From contig OZ024750.1 in the NCBI GenBank assembly GCA_964016885.1, positions 45,632,001-45,696,000 of the forward strand: a stretch of DNA of 64,000 nucleotides. Direction: 5' to 3'. The notes under the pieces were generated by a model. It searched no databases and was not told the DNA's origin. It saw only the letters and a list, made by a program, of their open reading frames with translations. Of this stretch, positions 15,790-32,220 are shown piece by piece. This DNA is from Eledone cirrhosa. Its lineage: Eukaryota. The translations under genes were made by a program, and so were the position numbers. The first letter of the stretch is position 1; every line of letters starts with the position of its first letter.

Positions 15790-15991
15790 TATGATAATGA
15801 TGATGATAATGATGATGATGATGATGATGGTGGTGGTGATGGAGGTGGTGATGGGGATGTTGATAGTGATGAGGATGATGGTGATGATGATGATGATGAT
15901 GATGATGATGGTGATGGTGATTATGATGGTGATGGTGATGATGGTGATGATGGTGATGATGATGATGCTGATGATGATGATGGTGATGATG

Positions 15992-16023
<32 letters not shown>

Positions 16024-16207
16024 GATGATGATGATGATGGTGATGATGGTGGTGATGATGGTGGTGATGATGATGATGGTGATGATGGTGGTGATGATGA
16101 TTATGATGATGATGATGATGGTTATGATGATGATGATGATGATGGTGATGATGATGGTGATGAAGATGATGGTGATGGTGATGATGATGGTGGTGGTGGT
16201 GGTGATG

Positions 16208-16239
<32 letters not shown>

Positions 16240-16286
16240 GATGATGATGATGATGGTGGTGGTGATGATGATGATGGTGATGATGG

Positions 16287-16317
<31 letters not shown>

Positions 16318-16430
16318 GGTTATGATGATGATGATGATGATGATGGTGATGATGATGGTGATGAAGATGATGATGGTGATGGTGAGAGTAATGAGGATGG
16401 TTATGATGATGGTGAGAGTAATGATGTTGA
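15790..16430. repeat. (GAT/GGT)n trinucleotide tract
   Basis: Direct. Confidence 0.95.
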
Positions 16431-16555
16431 TCAGTATGATGCCATTGTCATCAACATCATAATCCACATTATTAAACTCCCCAGCCTCACCCTCACGCCA
16501 TCATCATCACCATTATATGTATAATATTTATGATGACGATGATGATGATAATGCT

Positions 16556-16598
<43 letters not shown>

Positions 16599-17089
16599 GT
16601 GGGACGGAGAAGGAGGTAGAAGTGGAGAGTGAGATGGAGGAGTAGGTGAAAGGGAGGATGATGAGCGGTGAGGAGGTGAGAACGAGGATGAGTTGAGAGG
16701 GAGGAGGAGTAGAGAGGGAGGATACGTTGGGGGGGCGAGGAGGTGATGGGGTGGGTGTGTGAGAAGGGGGAGGGTGAGAGAAGGAGGAATTGGAAGGGAG
16801 GAGGAGGTGAGGGGGGATGTGAGAGGGACGAGGAGGTGAGAGGGAGGGGGATGTGAGAAGGAGGAGGAGGAGGTGAAAGCAATGAACAGGAGAGCGATCA
16901 ATATTTAAAGAGATAAATAAATTAAACAAAGAAAATGAAAAAAACAAAATAAAATGAACGAAAATTATTTGTTTAACTCATCGAATGATTGAATAGTTGA
17001 ATGAAATAAGGAAATAATGAAGGAAAGAATGAAAAGGAAAAAAAGAATGAAAAGGAAAAATATATGAAAGAGAAAGGTAACGAAAATCA

Positions 17090-18925
17090 TAGTACATAAT
17101 AGAGAATGAAATACTGAATAAAAGAAATAAATGAAAGAAGGAGAAAGAAAGAAAATGAAAGAAGAAAGAGTTAGGAATGTAGCAGAGAATGAATTACTGA
17201 ATAAAAGAAAGAAAAGAAAGAATAAGTAAGAAAATGAAAGAAGAAAGAGTTAGGAATGTAGAAGAGAATGAATTCCTGAATAAAAGAAAGAAAAGAAAGA
17301 ATAAGAAAGAAAATGAAAGAAGAAAGAGTTAGGAATGTAGAAGAGAATGAAATACTGAATAAAAGAAAGAAAAGAAAGAATAAGAAAGAAAATGAAGGAA
17401 TATAGAGTTAGGAATGTAGAAGACAATGAATTACTGAATAAAAAAAAGAAAAGAAAGAATAAGAAAGAAAATGAAAGAAGAAAGAGTTAGGAATGTAGAA
17501 GAGAATGAATTACTGAATAAAAAAAGAAAAGAAAGAAAAAGACAGAATAAGAAAGACGAAAGAGTTAGGAATGTAGAAGAGAATGAATTACTGAATAAAA
17601 GAAAGAAAAGAAAGAATAAGAACGAAATTGAAAGAAGAAAGAGTGAGGAATGTAGCAGAGAATGAAATACTGAATAAAAGATAGAAAAGAAAGAATGAGA
17701 AAGAAATTGAAAGAAGAAATAGTTAGGAATGTAGCAGCAAATGAATTACTGAATAAAAGAAAGAAAAGAAAGAATAAGAAAGAATAAGAAAGAAGAAATA
17801 GTTAGGAATGTAGCAGCAAAAGAATTACTGAATAAAAGAAAGAAATGAAAGAATAAGAAAGAATAAGAAAGAAGAAATAGTTAGGAATGTAGCAGCGAAT
17901 GAATTACTGAATAAAAGAAAGAAATGAAAGAATAAGAAAGAATAAGAAAGAAGAAATAGTTAGGAATGTAAAAGAGAATGAATTACTGAATAAAAAAAGA
18001 AAAGAAAGAAAAAGACAGAATAAGAAAGACGAAAGAGTTAGGAATGTAGAAGAGAATGAATTACTGAATAAAAGAAAGAAAAGAAAGAATAAGAACGAAA
18101 TTGAAAGAAGAAAGAGTGAGGAATGTAGCAGAGAATGAAATACTGAATAAAAGATAGAAAAGAAAGAATGAGAAAGAAATTGAAAGAAGAAATAGTTAGG
18201 AATGTAGCAGCAAATGAATTACTGAATAAAAGAAAGAAAAGAAAGAATAAGAAAGAATAAGAAAGAAGAAATAGTTAGGAATGTAGCAGCAAAAGAATTA
18301 CTGAATAAAAGAAAGAAATGAAAGAATAAGAAAGAATAAGAAAGAAGAAATAGTTAGGAATGTAGCAGCGAATGAATTACTGAATAAAAGAAAGAAATGA
18401 AAGAATAAGAAAGAATAAGAAAGAAGAAATAGTTAGGAATGTAGCAGCGAATGAAATACTGAATAAAAGAAAGAAAACAAAGAATAAGAAAGAAAATGAA
18501 AGAAGAAAGAGTTCGGAATGTAAAAGAGAATGAATTACTGAATAAAAAAAGAAAAGAAAGAAAAAGACAGAATAAGAAAGACGAAAGAGTTAGGAATATA
18601 GAAGAGAATGAATTACTGAATAAAAGAAAGAAAAGAAAGAATAAGAAAGAAATTGAAAGAAGAAAGAGTGAGGAATGTAGCAGAGAATGAAATACTGAAT
18701 AAAAGAAAGAAAAGAAAGAATAAGAAAGAAATTGAAAGAAGAAATAGTTAGGAATGTAGCAGCGAATGAATTACTGAATAAAAGAAAGAAAAGAAAGAAT
18801 AAGAAAGAATAAGAAAGAAGAAATATTTAGGAATGTAGCAGTGAATGAAATACTGAATAAAAGAAAGAAAATAAAGAATAAGAAAGAATAAGAAAGAAGA
18901 AATAGTTAGTAATGTAGGAGAGAAT
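17090..18925. repeat. ~79-bp purine-rich minisatellite with higher-order (6-7 unit) duplication
   Basis: GTTAGGAATGTAG..GAATGAATTACTGAATAAAAG recurs every ~79 bp; the variant unit with AAAAAGACAGAAT recurs at ~17486, ~17959 and ~18510. Confidence 0.9.
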
Positions 18926-18929
18926 AAAA

Positions 18930-19572
18930 TAATGGTATCTACGTTTGACACAAGGACAGAAAGTCTATTAAATTGACCTCAGTGGATTACTGGTACTTTA
19001 TTTATTCAACTCCGTAACGATGAAAGACAAAGCTAACCTCGTCTATCCTATCCTATCCTCACAGAAAGTAAGGTTATGATAGTAAAAAGATCCCTTAATT
19101 AGTTGCGGGATCGTAGAGGTACAAATCATACGGCATGTCTAGGGCAATGTTAAACCTGGTGGAGCCCAACTCTCACCAGGTCAGAAAACAGCTGATTTGT
19201 TTTTCCTATAGAGAAAGAATCGACCGCAGTACTTCACTGGTACTTTATTTATCGACCTCGAAATGATGAAAGGCAAAGAGGATCTCGGTGGGATTTGAAC
19301 TCAGAACACGCAATGGGGTGGAACGAATACCGTAAAACATTCTATCCGACGTCTTAACGACTCTGACAATTCGTCGCGTCAGAACGTAAAGGGACGTAAC
19401 TTTATGCCACAAAGCATATTGTCCGACGCTCTACCGATATTACCAATCTAACCCCCATCCCACCCCGAAAGAATGAATTCATAATTGGTAATTTAGGCAC
19501 AAGTCCAGCTAATTTGGAGGTAAAGGAGAGTGAGATTTATTGACCCACGTAATTAACTGGTACTTTATTTTA
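18930..19572 (-). mobile_element. Cluster of SINE fragments
   Basis: Several partial matches to the main SINE (CTGGTACTTTATTT, GGATTTGAACTCAGAA, CTCTACCGATA). Confidence 0.7.
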
Positions 19573-19609
19573 GTAACAACTACAGTAACGGCGATAGTGA
19601 GGATGGTGA

Positions 19610-20722
<1,113 letters not shown>

Positions 20723-20736
20723 TCGTGTTAGATGCA

Positions 20737-21154
20737 ATAATTGATTCTACTTTTGGCACAAGGCCAGCAAATTACCCAGTGCATTACTGGTACTTTATTT
20801 TATCGACCCCGTAAGAATGAAAGGCAAAGTTAACCTTTGATGATAATGATGATAAAATCACGAGATGAAAAATACCAATTTAAAAAACCTGCTCTTTTAT
20901 AATTTAGAATAATGAATGTTTGGATAAATACGTTATTTGAAGTTATTGTTGTTCAGATAATTGTTTCTACTTTTTTGGCACAAGGCCAGCAAATTCACCA
21001 GTGTATTACTGGTACTTTATTTTATCGACCCCGTAATGATGAAAGGCAAAGTTAACCTCGACGGGATTTGAATTCAGAATGGAAAGGGCCGTAACGCTAT
21101 GCGTCAAAGCATGGCGTCCGACCCTCTAACGATACTGCCAGTCCATAGGAAGAA
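20737..21154 (-). mobile_element. Two SINE copies (truncated 20737-20836; full-length 20962-21154)
   Basis: The full copy has a 17-bp TSD ATTGTTGTTCAGATAAT (20945-20961 / 21155-21171). Confidence 0.85.
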
Positions 21155-21349
21155 ATTGTTGTTCAGATAATGAAATACATAAATATCGTTAGTAATGGCG
21201 GTGTTGGTGGTGGTTTTAGTAATGATATTATTGTGTATAAATATAAATATATATACACATACACACACACACGCGAACATGTACATATATATATATATAC
21301 ACAAACACACACATATATATATACATACACACACATATATAAATATATA

Positions 21350-21401
<52 letters not shown>

Positions 21402-21440
21402 ATATTAACAAATGGAAACTATATTTATAAAACCATATTT

Positions 21441-21504
21441 ATTTCATTATACATATTTCAAGGGCCACCTGAGCAAACTATGGTGCGCTTTCATCAGATA
21501 AAAT
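21441..21504 (-). ncRNA. Minimal hammerhead ribozyme, PLE pLTR family (family P)
   Basis: Minus: ATTTTAT-CTGATGA-AAGCGCACC..GGTGGCCCTT-GAAA-TATGTA-TA-ATGAAAT. Lies in a solo pLTR fragment ~21400-21610. Confidence 0.75.
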
Positions 21505-21610
21505 ATAATATAGGTTAGTTTTATAAATAAATATTGACATACCCTTAAAAAATGCAACCATTCTGGTTGGAATGTCCTGGATAAATTAAATATAACAAAT
21601 TAAATATAAC

Positions 21611-21679
<69 letters not shown>

Positions 21680-21749
21680 ATACTCTGCTCTACGAGGGCA
21701 TCGAGTGCTCATACGGCCTCCTGCATACGGACGCTTTAAGCATCCAACA

Positions 21750-21824
<75 letters not shown>

Positions 21825-21840
21825 AAATATATATATGTAT

Positions 21841-21929
<89 letters not shown>

Positions 21930-22515
21930 CATGGAAAGTTATATTTAAATTGTTGGGTTAACAACGAGTAAATATTTATAACTGATATAAAAGCACTCAA
22001 CAAGTATTTGGAGTATAATTATGATATTAAATAAATGGAAACTATATTTATAAAACCATATTTATTTCGTTATATATATTTCAGGGATATCATATTAACA
22101 ATATGTTATGCCATCTTCAGACTAAATACAATATAAACAGTCTTATAAATAAATAGATACGACATACCTTTCAATCACCTTGCATTTGGGAGGTTGATTT
22201 GGTAGTAAAAAATATTGTGGACAGTTGTAAAAAGAAAGAGATAAAGAGAGAAAGAAAGAGAAACGAAGAAAAAGAAGAAATGCACGTGACTAAATAGAGG
22301 GATATAGAAAGATAGATAAAGAGAAGAACTTCATGTAAAGAAACAGAGAGAAATATATATAGAGAGAGGAAAAAAGAAAGAGATAGATAGAGATAGATAG
22401 AGAAATTAGGAAGTTGAGTATCGGTTGATACATTTATTTATTTATTTATTTATTTATTTAGCTCTAGTATTAATGTAAAGAGAGATGTATGTAGTTAAGA
22501 GAGAAAATAGCCGTT
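21930..22515 (-). mobile_element. Inverted copy of the Penelope-like 3' region (pLTR)
   Basis: Diverged reverse complement of ~27035-27720. Confidence 0.8.
22064..22127 (-). ncRNA. Minimal hammerhead ribozyme (family P)
   Basis: Minus: ATTTAGT-CTGAAGA-tggcataaCATATTgttAATATGatatccct-GAAA-TATATA-TA-ACGAAAT. Confidence 0.65.
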
Positions 22516-22680
22516 ATATAGAGAGAAAAAAGAGAAAATGAAAAAGAGAAAATGAAACATAACCAGACATAAACGATGCAGAATTTAAAACCGCTATGTT
22601 TTATCCGTAGAAAATATTAGTTCGTATAAAACAGGCATTATAATGTAAGTACCAGTATTCATGAATATACACATATATAT

Positions 22681-22718
<38 letters not shown>

Positions 22719-22783
22719 ATACATATATATATATGTGTGTATGTATATGTATATATATATAAATATATATATATATGTATATA

Positions 22784-23132
22784 TTTAAAGGTTAAAGAAG
22801 GTTCAAAGAATAAATCAAAGAATAAAGTTTTACAATAGATTAGAAGCACTCCACAAAGGATTGTTTTCCGGAGTTATTGGTATTAATTCAACATATTAAC
22901 AAAAATAGACATTCGTGTAAGCAAGTAAATTTTATTATACATATTTCAGAGGTACTTAGCTCAGACCTCTGAAATATGTATAATAAAATATACTTGATTA
23001 CACGAATGTCTATTTTTGTTAAGATTTTGAATTAATACCAATAACACCGGAAAACAAAAACTGCGGTGTGCTTCTAATCTATTGTAAAACTTTATTCTTT
23101 GATTTATTCATTGAACCTTGTTTAACCTTTAA

Positions 23133-23133
<1 letters not shown>
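22784..23133. repeat. 350-bp fold-back palindrome between (TA)n tracts, centred on an HHR stem II
   Basis: ~170-bp diverged arms; centre AGAGGT-acttagctcag-ACCTCT followed by GAAA-TATGTA-TA-ATAAAAT. The arm sequence is shared with 34590-34720. Confidence 0.9.
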
Positions 23134-23164
<31 letters not shown>

Positions 23165-23165
23165 T

Positions 23166-23224
<59 letters not shown>

Positions 23225-23259
23225 GATTTAGATTAAATTCATTTGATTTATCTTAATTT

Positions 23260-23339
<80 letters not shown>

Positions 23340-23374
23340 AAATTAAGATAAATCAAATGAATTTAATCTAAATC

Positions 23375-23410
<36 letters not shown>

Positions 23411-23445
23411 GATTTAGATTAAATTCATTTGATTTATCTTAATTT

Positions 23446-23665
<220 letters not shown>

Positions 23666-23674
23666 TATATACAT

Positions 23675-24002
23675 AGAAACAGAAACAAAATGGCGTAGGA
23701 TAGAAGAAAGGAAAGGCACAGAAACAAAGAAAGGAATCCCCAGTCACTGAAGAGGTCACAGAGTGTGTGACGAAAGGACTATGACTATATATAAACAACT
23801 ATCTGGTTGTGGAACCAACCAACCAACCAGAAATTTATAAGTTTGTAGATTTGTAAATTTATAAATATATAATAAATTGAAGTGAAAGCAACTGGTGCGT
23901 GTGTTTCTTATTGGCAACATGACCCTCCCAAAGTATAACAATATCGGTTTCAACACACGATTTCAGATAAAGAATCTTGCTAAACAAATTCAGAAACGAA
24001 AT
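23675..24002 (+). mobile_element. Family A short HHR element between (TA)n tracts
   Basis: Homologous to 1-500 and 1226-1885. Confidence 0.8.
23742..23786 (+). ncRNA. Minimal type-I hammerhead ribozyme (family A)
   Basis: AGTCA-CTGAAGA-G-GTCACAgagtgTGTGAC-GAAA-GGAC-TA-TGACT. Confidence 0.75.
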
Positions 24003-24323
24003 ATATATATATATATATATATATACAAAATTAAGATAAATCAAATGAATTTAATCTAAATCAAAATTATGGGCGTCATGCCAGAAAGACATGCGCCATA
24101 TCACCGGGCAAAATAAGCTCTAAGATTCTAATGAGTAGGTCCGAGCATTTTATAATAATTTTATAAAGATTGATTAACATATAAATAAACATGAATAATC
24201 ACAGAAGATAATTTTTACAAGTGTGTAACCACACATATCTAGGTAGGTAACTAAATAAAGTTGACCAGAACTTCAAAAATAGATACCTTATAATATGATT
24301 AATCTTCCCTGTATATATTCCAT

Positions 24324-24544
24324 TAAAGAAATATATTTCAGCAATTAATCAGATGTTAAACCACAGAAGTGGAGACTTGGATTTTCAACAAGGAAGAAGT
24401 TCCAGCAATCCGTGTTTACACTTCAAATCAGCGACTGGCCAGAACGTGTTGTATTTACTAAAAATACACACAACATACTAGCTTCGTCCAAGTCTCCACT
24501 TCTGTGGTTTACCATCTGATTAATTGGTGAAATATATTTCTTTA
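24324..24544. repeat. 58-bp inverted repeat abutting the 5'-truncation point of the Penelope-like ORF
   Basis: 24324-24381 versus 24487-24544, ~105-nt spacer. Confidence 0.85.
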
Positions 24545-24590
24545 GGCACTAAATTACGCATTCAAACATACGGACATAACTAGCAAAGAA

Positions 24591-25940
24591 ATGCATATTA
24601 TATTATCGGCTAGGAAAACTTTGATAGAATTTGATGACAAATTATGGACCAGAGCAGATAGAGATAGCAATTTTGACATAACTATGGGATCTTCCGACTC
24701 AGCTCAAGTAACTGACCTTGTGGGCTTATTTTTAATCAATTCGCTACATAGGAAAATACCTGGTACTACCGGAGGTTTATATAGGGATGACATGCTTTTA
24801 CTTATTAATAATAATAACCCTGAACTAAATAGAAAATGTAAACAAATTACAAAATTTTTTAATTACTTTAACCTTAAAATAGAAATTGAGAACAACCATA
24901 GAATAGTCAATTTCCTAGATATATCATTAAATCTCAACACATGTCTCCACTATCCTTTTCACAAGTTGAATGAAAACTTAAACTATGTCAACTTTAACTC
25001 TAACCACCCCAGATCTGTCAAAAACACTATAGTAAACTCAGTCCAAAAACGTGTCTCTAGGATCTCGTCGAATAGAAAGATTTTTGACGAAAAGGCCCAA
25101 TACTATAATGATGCACTAGCTAGGGCAGGGTATGCTGATAAGATTGTGTACATAGATAATGATAAACAAACTAAACAAAGTAACAACTTTTTTAATTATG
25201 GCAACAACATTAACAACTATAATAGAAAGCATTACAATAATTCCAAAGGACAAAAAAGAAATAGAACTAGGAACATAATTTGGTTTGCCCCCCCTTTCTC
25301 ACTAAACATTAAAACCCACATCGCTAAATTATTTTTCAAAGCTCTTGATAATCGCTTCCCTAGAACACATAGGTACCACTCAATCTTCAATAGGCATACA
25401 ATTAAATTAACCTACTCATCCACCAAAAATTTAGCACAAAATATTAATAGAATAAATAATAGGAACTTAAAACCTACTGATAATAGCATAAATAATATAC
25501 AAGTTAACAAATGTAACTGTAGAGATAGATCTAAATGTCCGTTAAATAACAACTGCTTAGTTAAACATATAGTATACAATTGTAATGTTAATACTGACTC
25601 TAATTCTTTTAACTACGTCGGTTCCACATCGACGGAATTTAAACTTCGCTATAATAACCACAATAATTCTTTCACAGATCCAAATAAAAAATCTTCAACG
25701 GCACTATCAGGTGTACTCTGGCAACTTAAGTTAGATAACGTTAGATATTCGACGGCTTGGAATATAGTCTCAAGAGGGATTCCTTTTAATTCATCCTCTG
25801 AGACATGTGACCTCTGCGCAGAGGAGATATTCTTTATACTAAAATCTAAAAATTCCCTTAACCTACGGACAAATTTATTCAGTTGTTGCAAACATAGATT
25901 AAACTCAACGTTTAAATATAAATTTAAATTTAAAATGTAG
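24591..25940 (+). CDS. Penelope-like element reverse transcriptase / GIY-YIG endonuclease, N-terminally truncated (frame open from 24546)
   Basis: RT motifs FDITMGSSDSAQVTDLVG, GLYRDD, VNFLDISLNL, YVNFNSNHP, IIWFAPPFS; Cys cluster CNCRDRSKCPLNNNC; GIY-YIG IVYNC..YVGST..FKLRYNNH; C-terminal CDLCAEE..CKH. RT motifs 1-3 are missing. Confidence 0.93.
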   Translation: MHIILSARKTLIEFDDKLWTRADRDSNFDITMGSSDSAQVTDLVGLFLINSLHRKIPGTTGGLYRDDMLLLINNNNPELNRKCKQITKFFNYFNLKIEIENNHRIVNFLDISLNLNTCLHYPFHKLNENLNYVNFNSNHPRSVKNTIVNSVQKRVSRISSNRKIFDEKAQYYNDALARAGYADKIVYIDNDKQTKQSNNFFNYGNNINNYNRKHYNNSKGQKRNRTRNIIWFAPPFSLNIKTHIAKLFFKALDNRFPRTHRYHSIFNRHTIKLTYSSTKNLAQNINRINNRNLKPTDNSINNIQVNKCNCRDRSKCPLNNNCLVKHIVYNCNVNTDSNSFNYVGSTSTEFKLRYNNHNNSFTDPNKKSSTALSGVLWQLKLDNVRYSTAWNIVSRGIPFNSSSETCDLCAEEIFFILKSKNSLNLRTNLFSCCKHRLNSTFKYKFKFKM

Positions 25941-27112
25941 TATATTTAGTTTGATTTATATTTATATGAGAACTAGCCGATAAATCTTTTGATACCTAAA
26001 TCTTTGATTCCCTCTTTTTACTCTTTTTATTGTTTATTTTATTTTATTTATTTTTATTTTTATTTTTATTTTTATTTTTATTTTTATTTTTATTTTTATT
26101 TTTATTTTTATTTTTATTTTTATCTAAACATTCCTCATGAAAAATTAAGCTACCCTAAAAGCCGATGCTCCAAATTTTCTGAATTAACCTTACACTTGAT
26201 AAACTTATATATTAAATATAGGAACATATGTAGACATTATTGGACATCATAATCTTTTTTGCGATATTCCTTGCTAGATGTGATTTGATAGATAATTTTT
26301 GGCTTTGTCTTGTAGTGAACTTGGCAATATATTGTCAATTAACCTTGAAGGGTTGTTCTTTGTGGTTTATTTTTATTTTCATTTTTATTTTTATTTTTAT
26401 TTTTATTTTTATTTTTATTTTTATTTTTATTCTTTTAGTATTGTAGTATTCTATAATATTTTTATATTTTTATTTTTTATTTTATTTTATTTTTTATTTT
26501 TAATATTTTTATATGTAAATTTTTATTTTTAATATTTTTATATGTAAAGTTTTAATACGTAATATTTTTAATACGTAGTATTTTTAATATGCAATATTTT
26601 TATTATGTAATATTCTTTCGTAATCTTTTTTTTAGTTTTCTATTCTATATTTTTATATTTTTATATATTTTTACTTATTATCATTATTATTGTTATCTCT
26701 GCTTATAATATAATATATATTTTCGATTAGTATATTGAAATCTGCTCTCTATTTCTGCTTGATAGATAATCTTGTAGAGTAATCGCAAGAATAATAATAC
26801 GCTCAAATTTTTATACCACATTGAGAATGTTTTCCGGTAAATTTGAATTTGCGGAGTGAATCAGTTGGATTCACATAGACATATGAATTTTTTTTAAAAA
26901 ACTAAACATAAGATAATGAATTTTCACGCATTGTGAATACTTGTTTCATTCAGGAATACTGATATTTACAATATAGTGTAAGTTTTATAAATACTAATAC
27001 ATTAAAACATAGGGTTTTCTACGCCTCGAATATGTCTGGCTATTTTTAAATTTTTCTCTCTATATATCTCTCTATGTCTCTCTATATATCTCCCTTACAT
27101 TAATACTTGAGC

Positions 27113-27151
<39 letters not shown>

Positions 27152-27520
27152 ATGCATCATTGATACACTTACTCAAAATGACCTCCCACTACCTAATTTT
27201 TCTATATCTATATTTATATATGTATCTATCTCTATTTCCTCTCTCTCTCTATATATATATATATCTCTTTCGGTCTCTTTACATGAAGCTCTTCGCTTTA
27301 TCTATTTTTCCATCTCTCTATTTTGTCCCATGCATTTCTTCTTTTTTTTCTTCTTTTTCTTCCTTTTCTTCGTTTTGTCTTTCTTTCTTTCTTATTTCCC
27401 TCTTTTCTCTCTCTCTTTCTTTCTCTCTGTATTTTCACTGCTAGAGTGAACCTCTTCAAATGAAGTTGATGTTTATTACGGTATGTCGAATATATTTATC
27501 TATAAAACTGTTTATATTGT

Positions 27521-27584
27521 ATTTTGTCTGATGAAGGCATAGCATATTGTTAATATGATATCCCCGAAATATATGTGATGAAAT
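27521..27584 (+). ncRNA. Hammerhead motif of the PLE pLTR (family P), cleavage site mutated
   Basis: ATTTTGT-CTGATGA-aggcatagCATATTgttAATATGatatcccc-GAAA-TATATG-TG-ATGAAAT; position 17 is G, which breaks the NUH rule. Confidence 0.7.
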
Positions 27585-27719
27585 AAATATGGTTTTATAA
27601 ATATAGTTTTCCATTTATTTAATATTGTAAATATACTCCAAGTATTTGTCGAGTGCTTTTATATCAGTTATAAATATTTACTAGTTGTAACCCAACAATT
27701 TTAAATATAACTTTACATG

Positions 27720-28647
<928 letters not shown>

Positions 28648-28902
28648 TATAAATAAATCAGGAAAGAAGAGTGACACGGTTTGCTATACAAAAAAGGTTT
28701 TTAATCTCATTGGTGACAATTGTTTCTCTGAACAGGTAGGTCTAGAGAACGCTACCCGCTTATTTTCACGTTATTCGATCACCAATACAAAGTTATAACC
28801 TGTCAATTCATCTTAGCCAAGCGTTGAAATCATCCACTACCCGGAGTACCATAACTGGACTACACTTAAGTCGACTACCTATAACAATAATTTGTTACCC
28901 CG

Positions 28903-28939
<37 letters not shown>

Positions 28940-29614
28940 AAATATATATATATAAATATATATATATGTATAACTAGAAAACTAATTAACTAACAACAAC
29001 TATAACAATAACACTAACTACAGTGAGGCAGACATTGCTATGTGGCAAAAGCTAGCGTCGTGAATATTAAGTATTCGACTCCAATTCGAGGTGCCTTGAG
29101 CAAGACTCTTTTCCTATACACAAGTAAATGCCAAATATTTGTCTGAAAGCATATTTGAGAGTACATAGGAAGGATCGAACTTCGAATAATCCTGAGGTAA
29201 TTTTAGTATACCACCCGGGATTTTACCACCATCTCCCTCATCTGACTTTTATAGGTGTACTACGTATAAAATATTCCAGTGCATATCTACCAAAGGATGT
29301 GAACAGAATTAAAGTAAAAGAAGCAATTATGAAAAAAAAAACGGAAGACATAATTCACAGGTATTGAAGGAAGATCCCTGAAAGAAAATTATATACATAA
29401 ATAGGTAAAAGAGGAGAAGAAGAAATATGATAAAGAAACGAATGAAATAAAGAAAGTCAGAAAGAAAAACCAGGGAAGAAGAAAGACATTGGCAAGAGGG
29501 GGGAGGCAAAATAGGGGGAAATGATCAGAAAAAGAATGAAAGTACAGTAAAAAGGAAGCAATCATTAGAATCAAGGATGAAAAAACGCCCAATGATAGAA
29601 GGATATATATATAT

Positions 29615-29711
<97 letters not shown>

Positions 29712-29820
29712 TAAAAAAATAATGAATAAAACAATGAAACAGTTCCTTATATTAAACAAAAAAAGTTCATTATTTAACGATCGTTTCTAGGATATATATG
29801 TGTTAGAATTGGCATGCATA

Positions 29821-29866
<46 letters not shown>

Positions 29867-29880
29867 TATATATATATATT

Positions 29881-29918
<38 letters not shown>

Positions 29919-29921
29919 TAT

Positions 29922-30012
<91 letters not shown>

Positions 30013-30666
30013 CATACATATATATATATATATATATTTATATGTATATTTATATATATATAAATATATTTATATATATATATATATATGTAGATTAAAA
30101 AAGAAAACGAAAGATATACAGAAAGAAAAAAAACGATGAAAAAGAACATATAATGAAAAGAAAATATAATGAAAGAAAAGAAAGGATTGGAGAGAGAATA
30201 AGATGATGTGATTTCATTGTGTATTTGATAAAAACAAAAGGAATTAAGACAAATATGAATATTTTGACAAACTGTTTCAGTTTTAACAAAATAATGGACT
30301 TGGGAAAACTTAAGTAAAGTTGATTGGTAAAACAGAGTCTTAATTAATAGTCTGTCGGCATCATTTGAACACATAGATACATATCTGATTTAATGAAGCT
30401 TTCTACTCATTACACAGCATTCTTGACGATTTTTACGTTCTCATTTGCCTTTCATTTTTTTCTGTTTTCAAATTCTTTTATCTTCCCTATCTGTGAATTT
30501 ATCTGACTATGTATCTTTACATACATGGACACACACACATGCATACACATACATACATGCACACTCACACACACACATTTATATAAATATACATATATAT
30601 AAGTATGCAAACATACGCGCATATATATATACACACATATATAAATATATACATATATAAATATAC

Positions 30667-30735
<69 letters not shown>

Positions 30736-30808
30736 CACACACACATACATATATATATATAATTTGTGTATGTATATATATATATATGTATATATATGTA
30801 TATATGTT

Positions 30809-30842
<34 letters not shown>

Positions 30843-31049
30843 TATGTATACATATATGCATATATATATATGTATATATATGTATATATAAGTATACATA
30901 TATCCATATATATATGTATTTATATATACATATATAAATATGTATATATAACTATATATATATATGTATATATATATACTTATATACATATATATATATA
31001 TATACATATGTATATATATATATGTAGATATGTATGTATATATATATAC

Positions 31050-31128
<79 letters not shown>

Positions 31129-31157
31129 TATACACATATATATAAATACATATATAG

Positions 31158-31188
<31 letters not shown>

Positions 31189-31853
31189 CATATATACATA
31201 TATATACATATATATATATAAGTATGTATGTGTAAATGTGTATATATAGATACATGTGTGCGCATGCGTGCCTGCTTTTGGTACCGTTTAAAATCCCCTC
31301 TCACTTTCTGTCAACTTCAATATATCTCCCTATATAAATATTTAACGTCCTATATACATACAATCGTATAAACATGCGTACACACACACACACACATACA
31401 TACACACATGCACATACACACACACTCATACACACGCACATACACACAAACACACACACACACACACTAATACACACAGATGCACAAACAATCATTTATA
31501 TATAGACATATATATATTTACGGGCTGATATATATGCGTGCATGTTTCTTTGTGTACGTGTTTCTGCACGTTTTGTGCCTTCAAATTTCCTTCATTTAAT
31601 TTGCAGTCAGTCAGCTTAATTAGAATAAATAGCATTTGAGTAATCTACAAGAAGTACAACTACTCACAAGATTAAATACACCCAACGTCATTCATTTCAT
31701 CATCCGCCATCTTACTATTTATGCCTTACTTATCTCCCCTGTCCATCTTTCTCGGCATCTATACCCTATTGTCTCCATCTAATCGTTTTTCAGTTATTTC
31801 TCCAATTCAAAATATACCGTTTGGTATATTCCCTTCTTCAAGCCCTGATTTTT

Positions 31854-31981
<128 letters not shown>

Positions 31982-32070
31982 CAGCTACCTATTTATCTCT
32001 GTATACATTCATACATATATACATATATATATTTGTATATGTATATATATATTTGTATTTATATATATGC

Positions 32071-32103
<33 letters not shown>

Positions 32104-32154
32104 TTGTGTTTATATGTATTATATATACCTCTAAATTACACACACACATACATA

Positions 32155-32220
<66 letters not shown>

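Noticed and set aside
24591-25940. Selenocysteine recoding as reported for some Naiad PLEs
   Set aside because: No in-frame TGA; the Cys cluster uses normal codons and the ORF ends in TAG.
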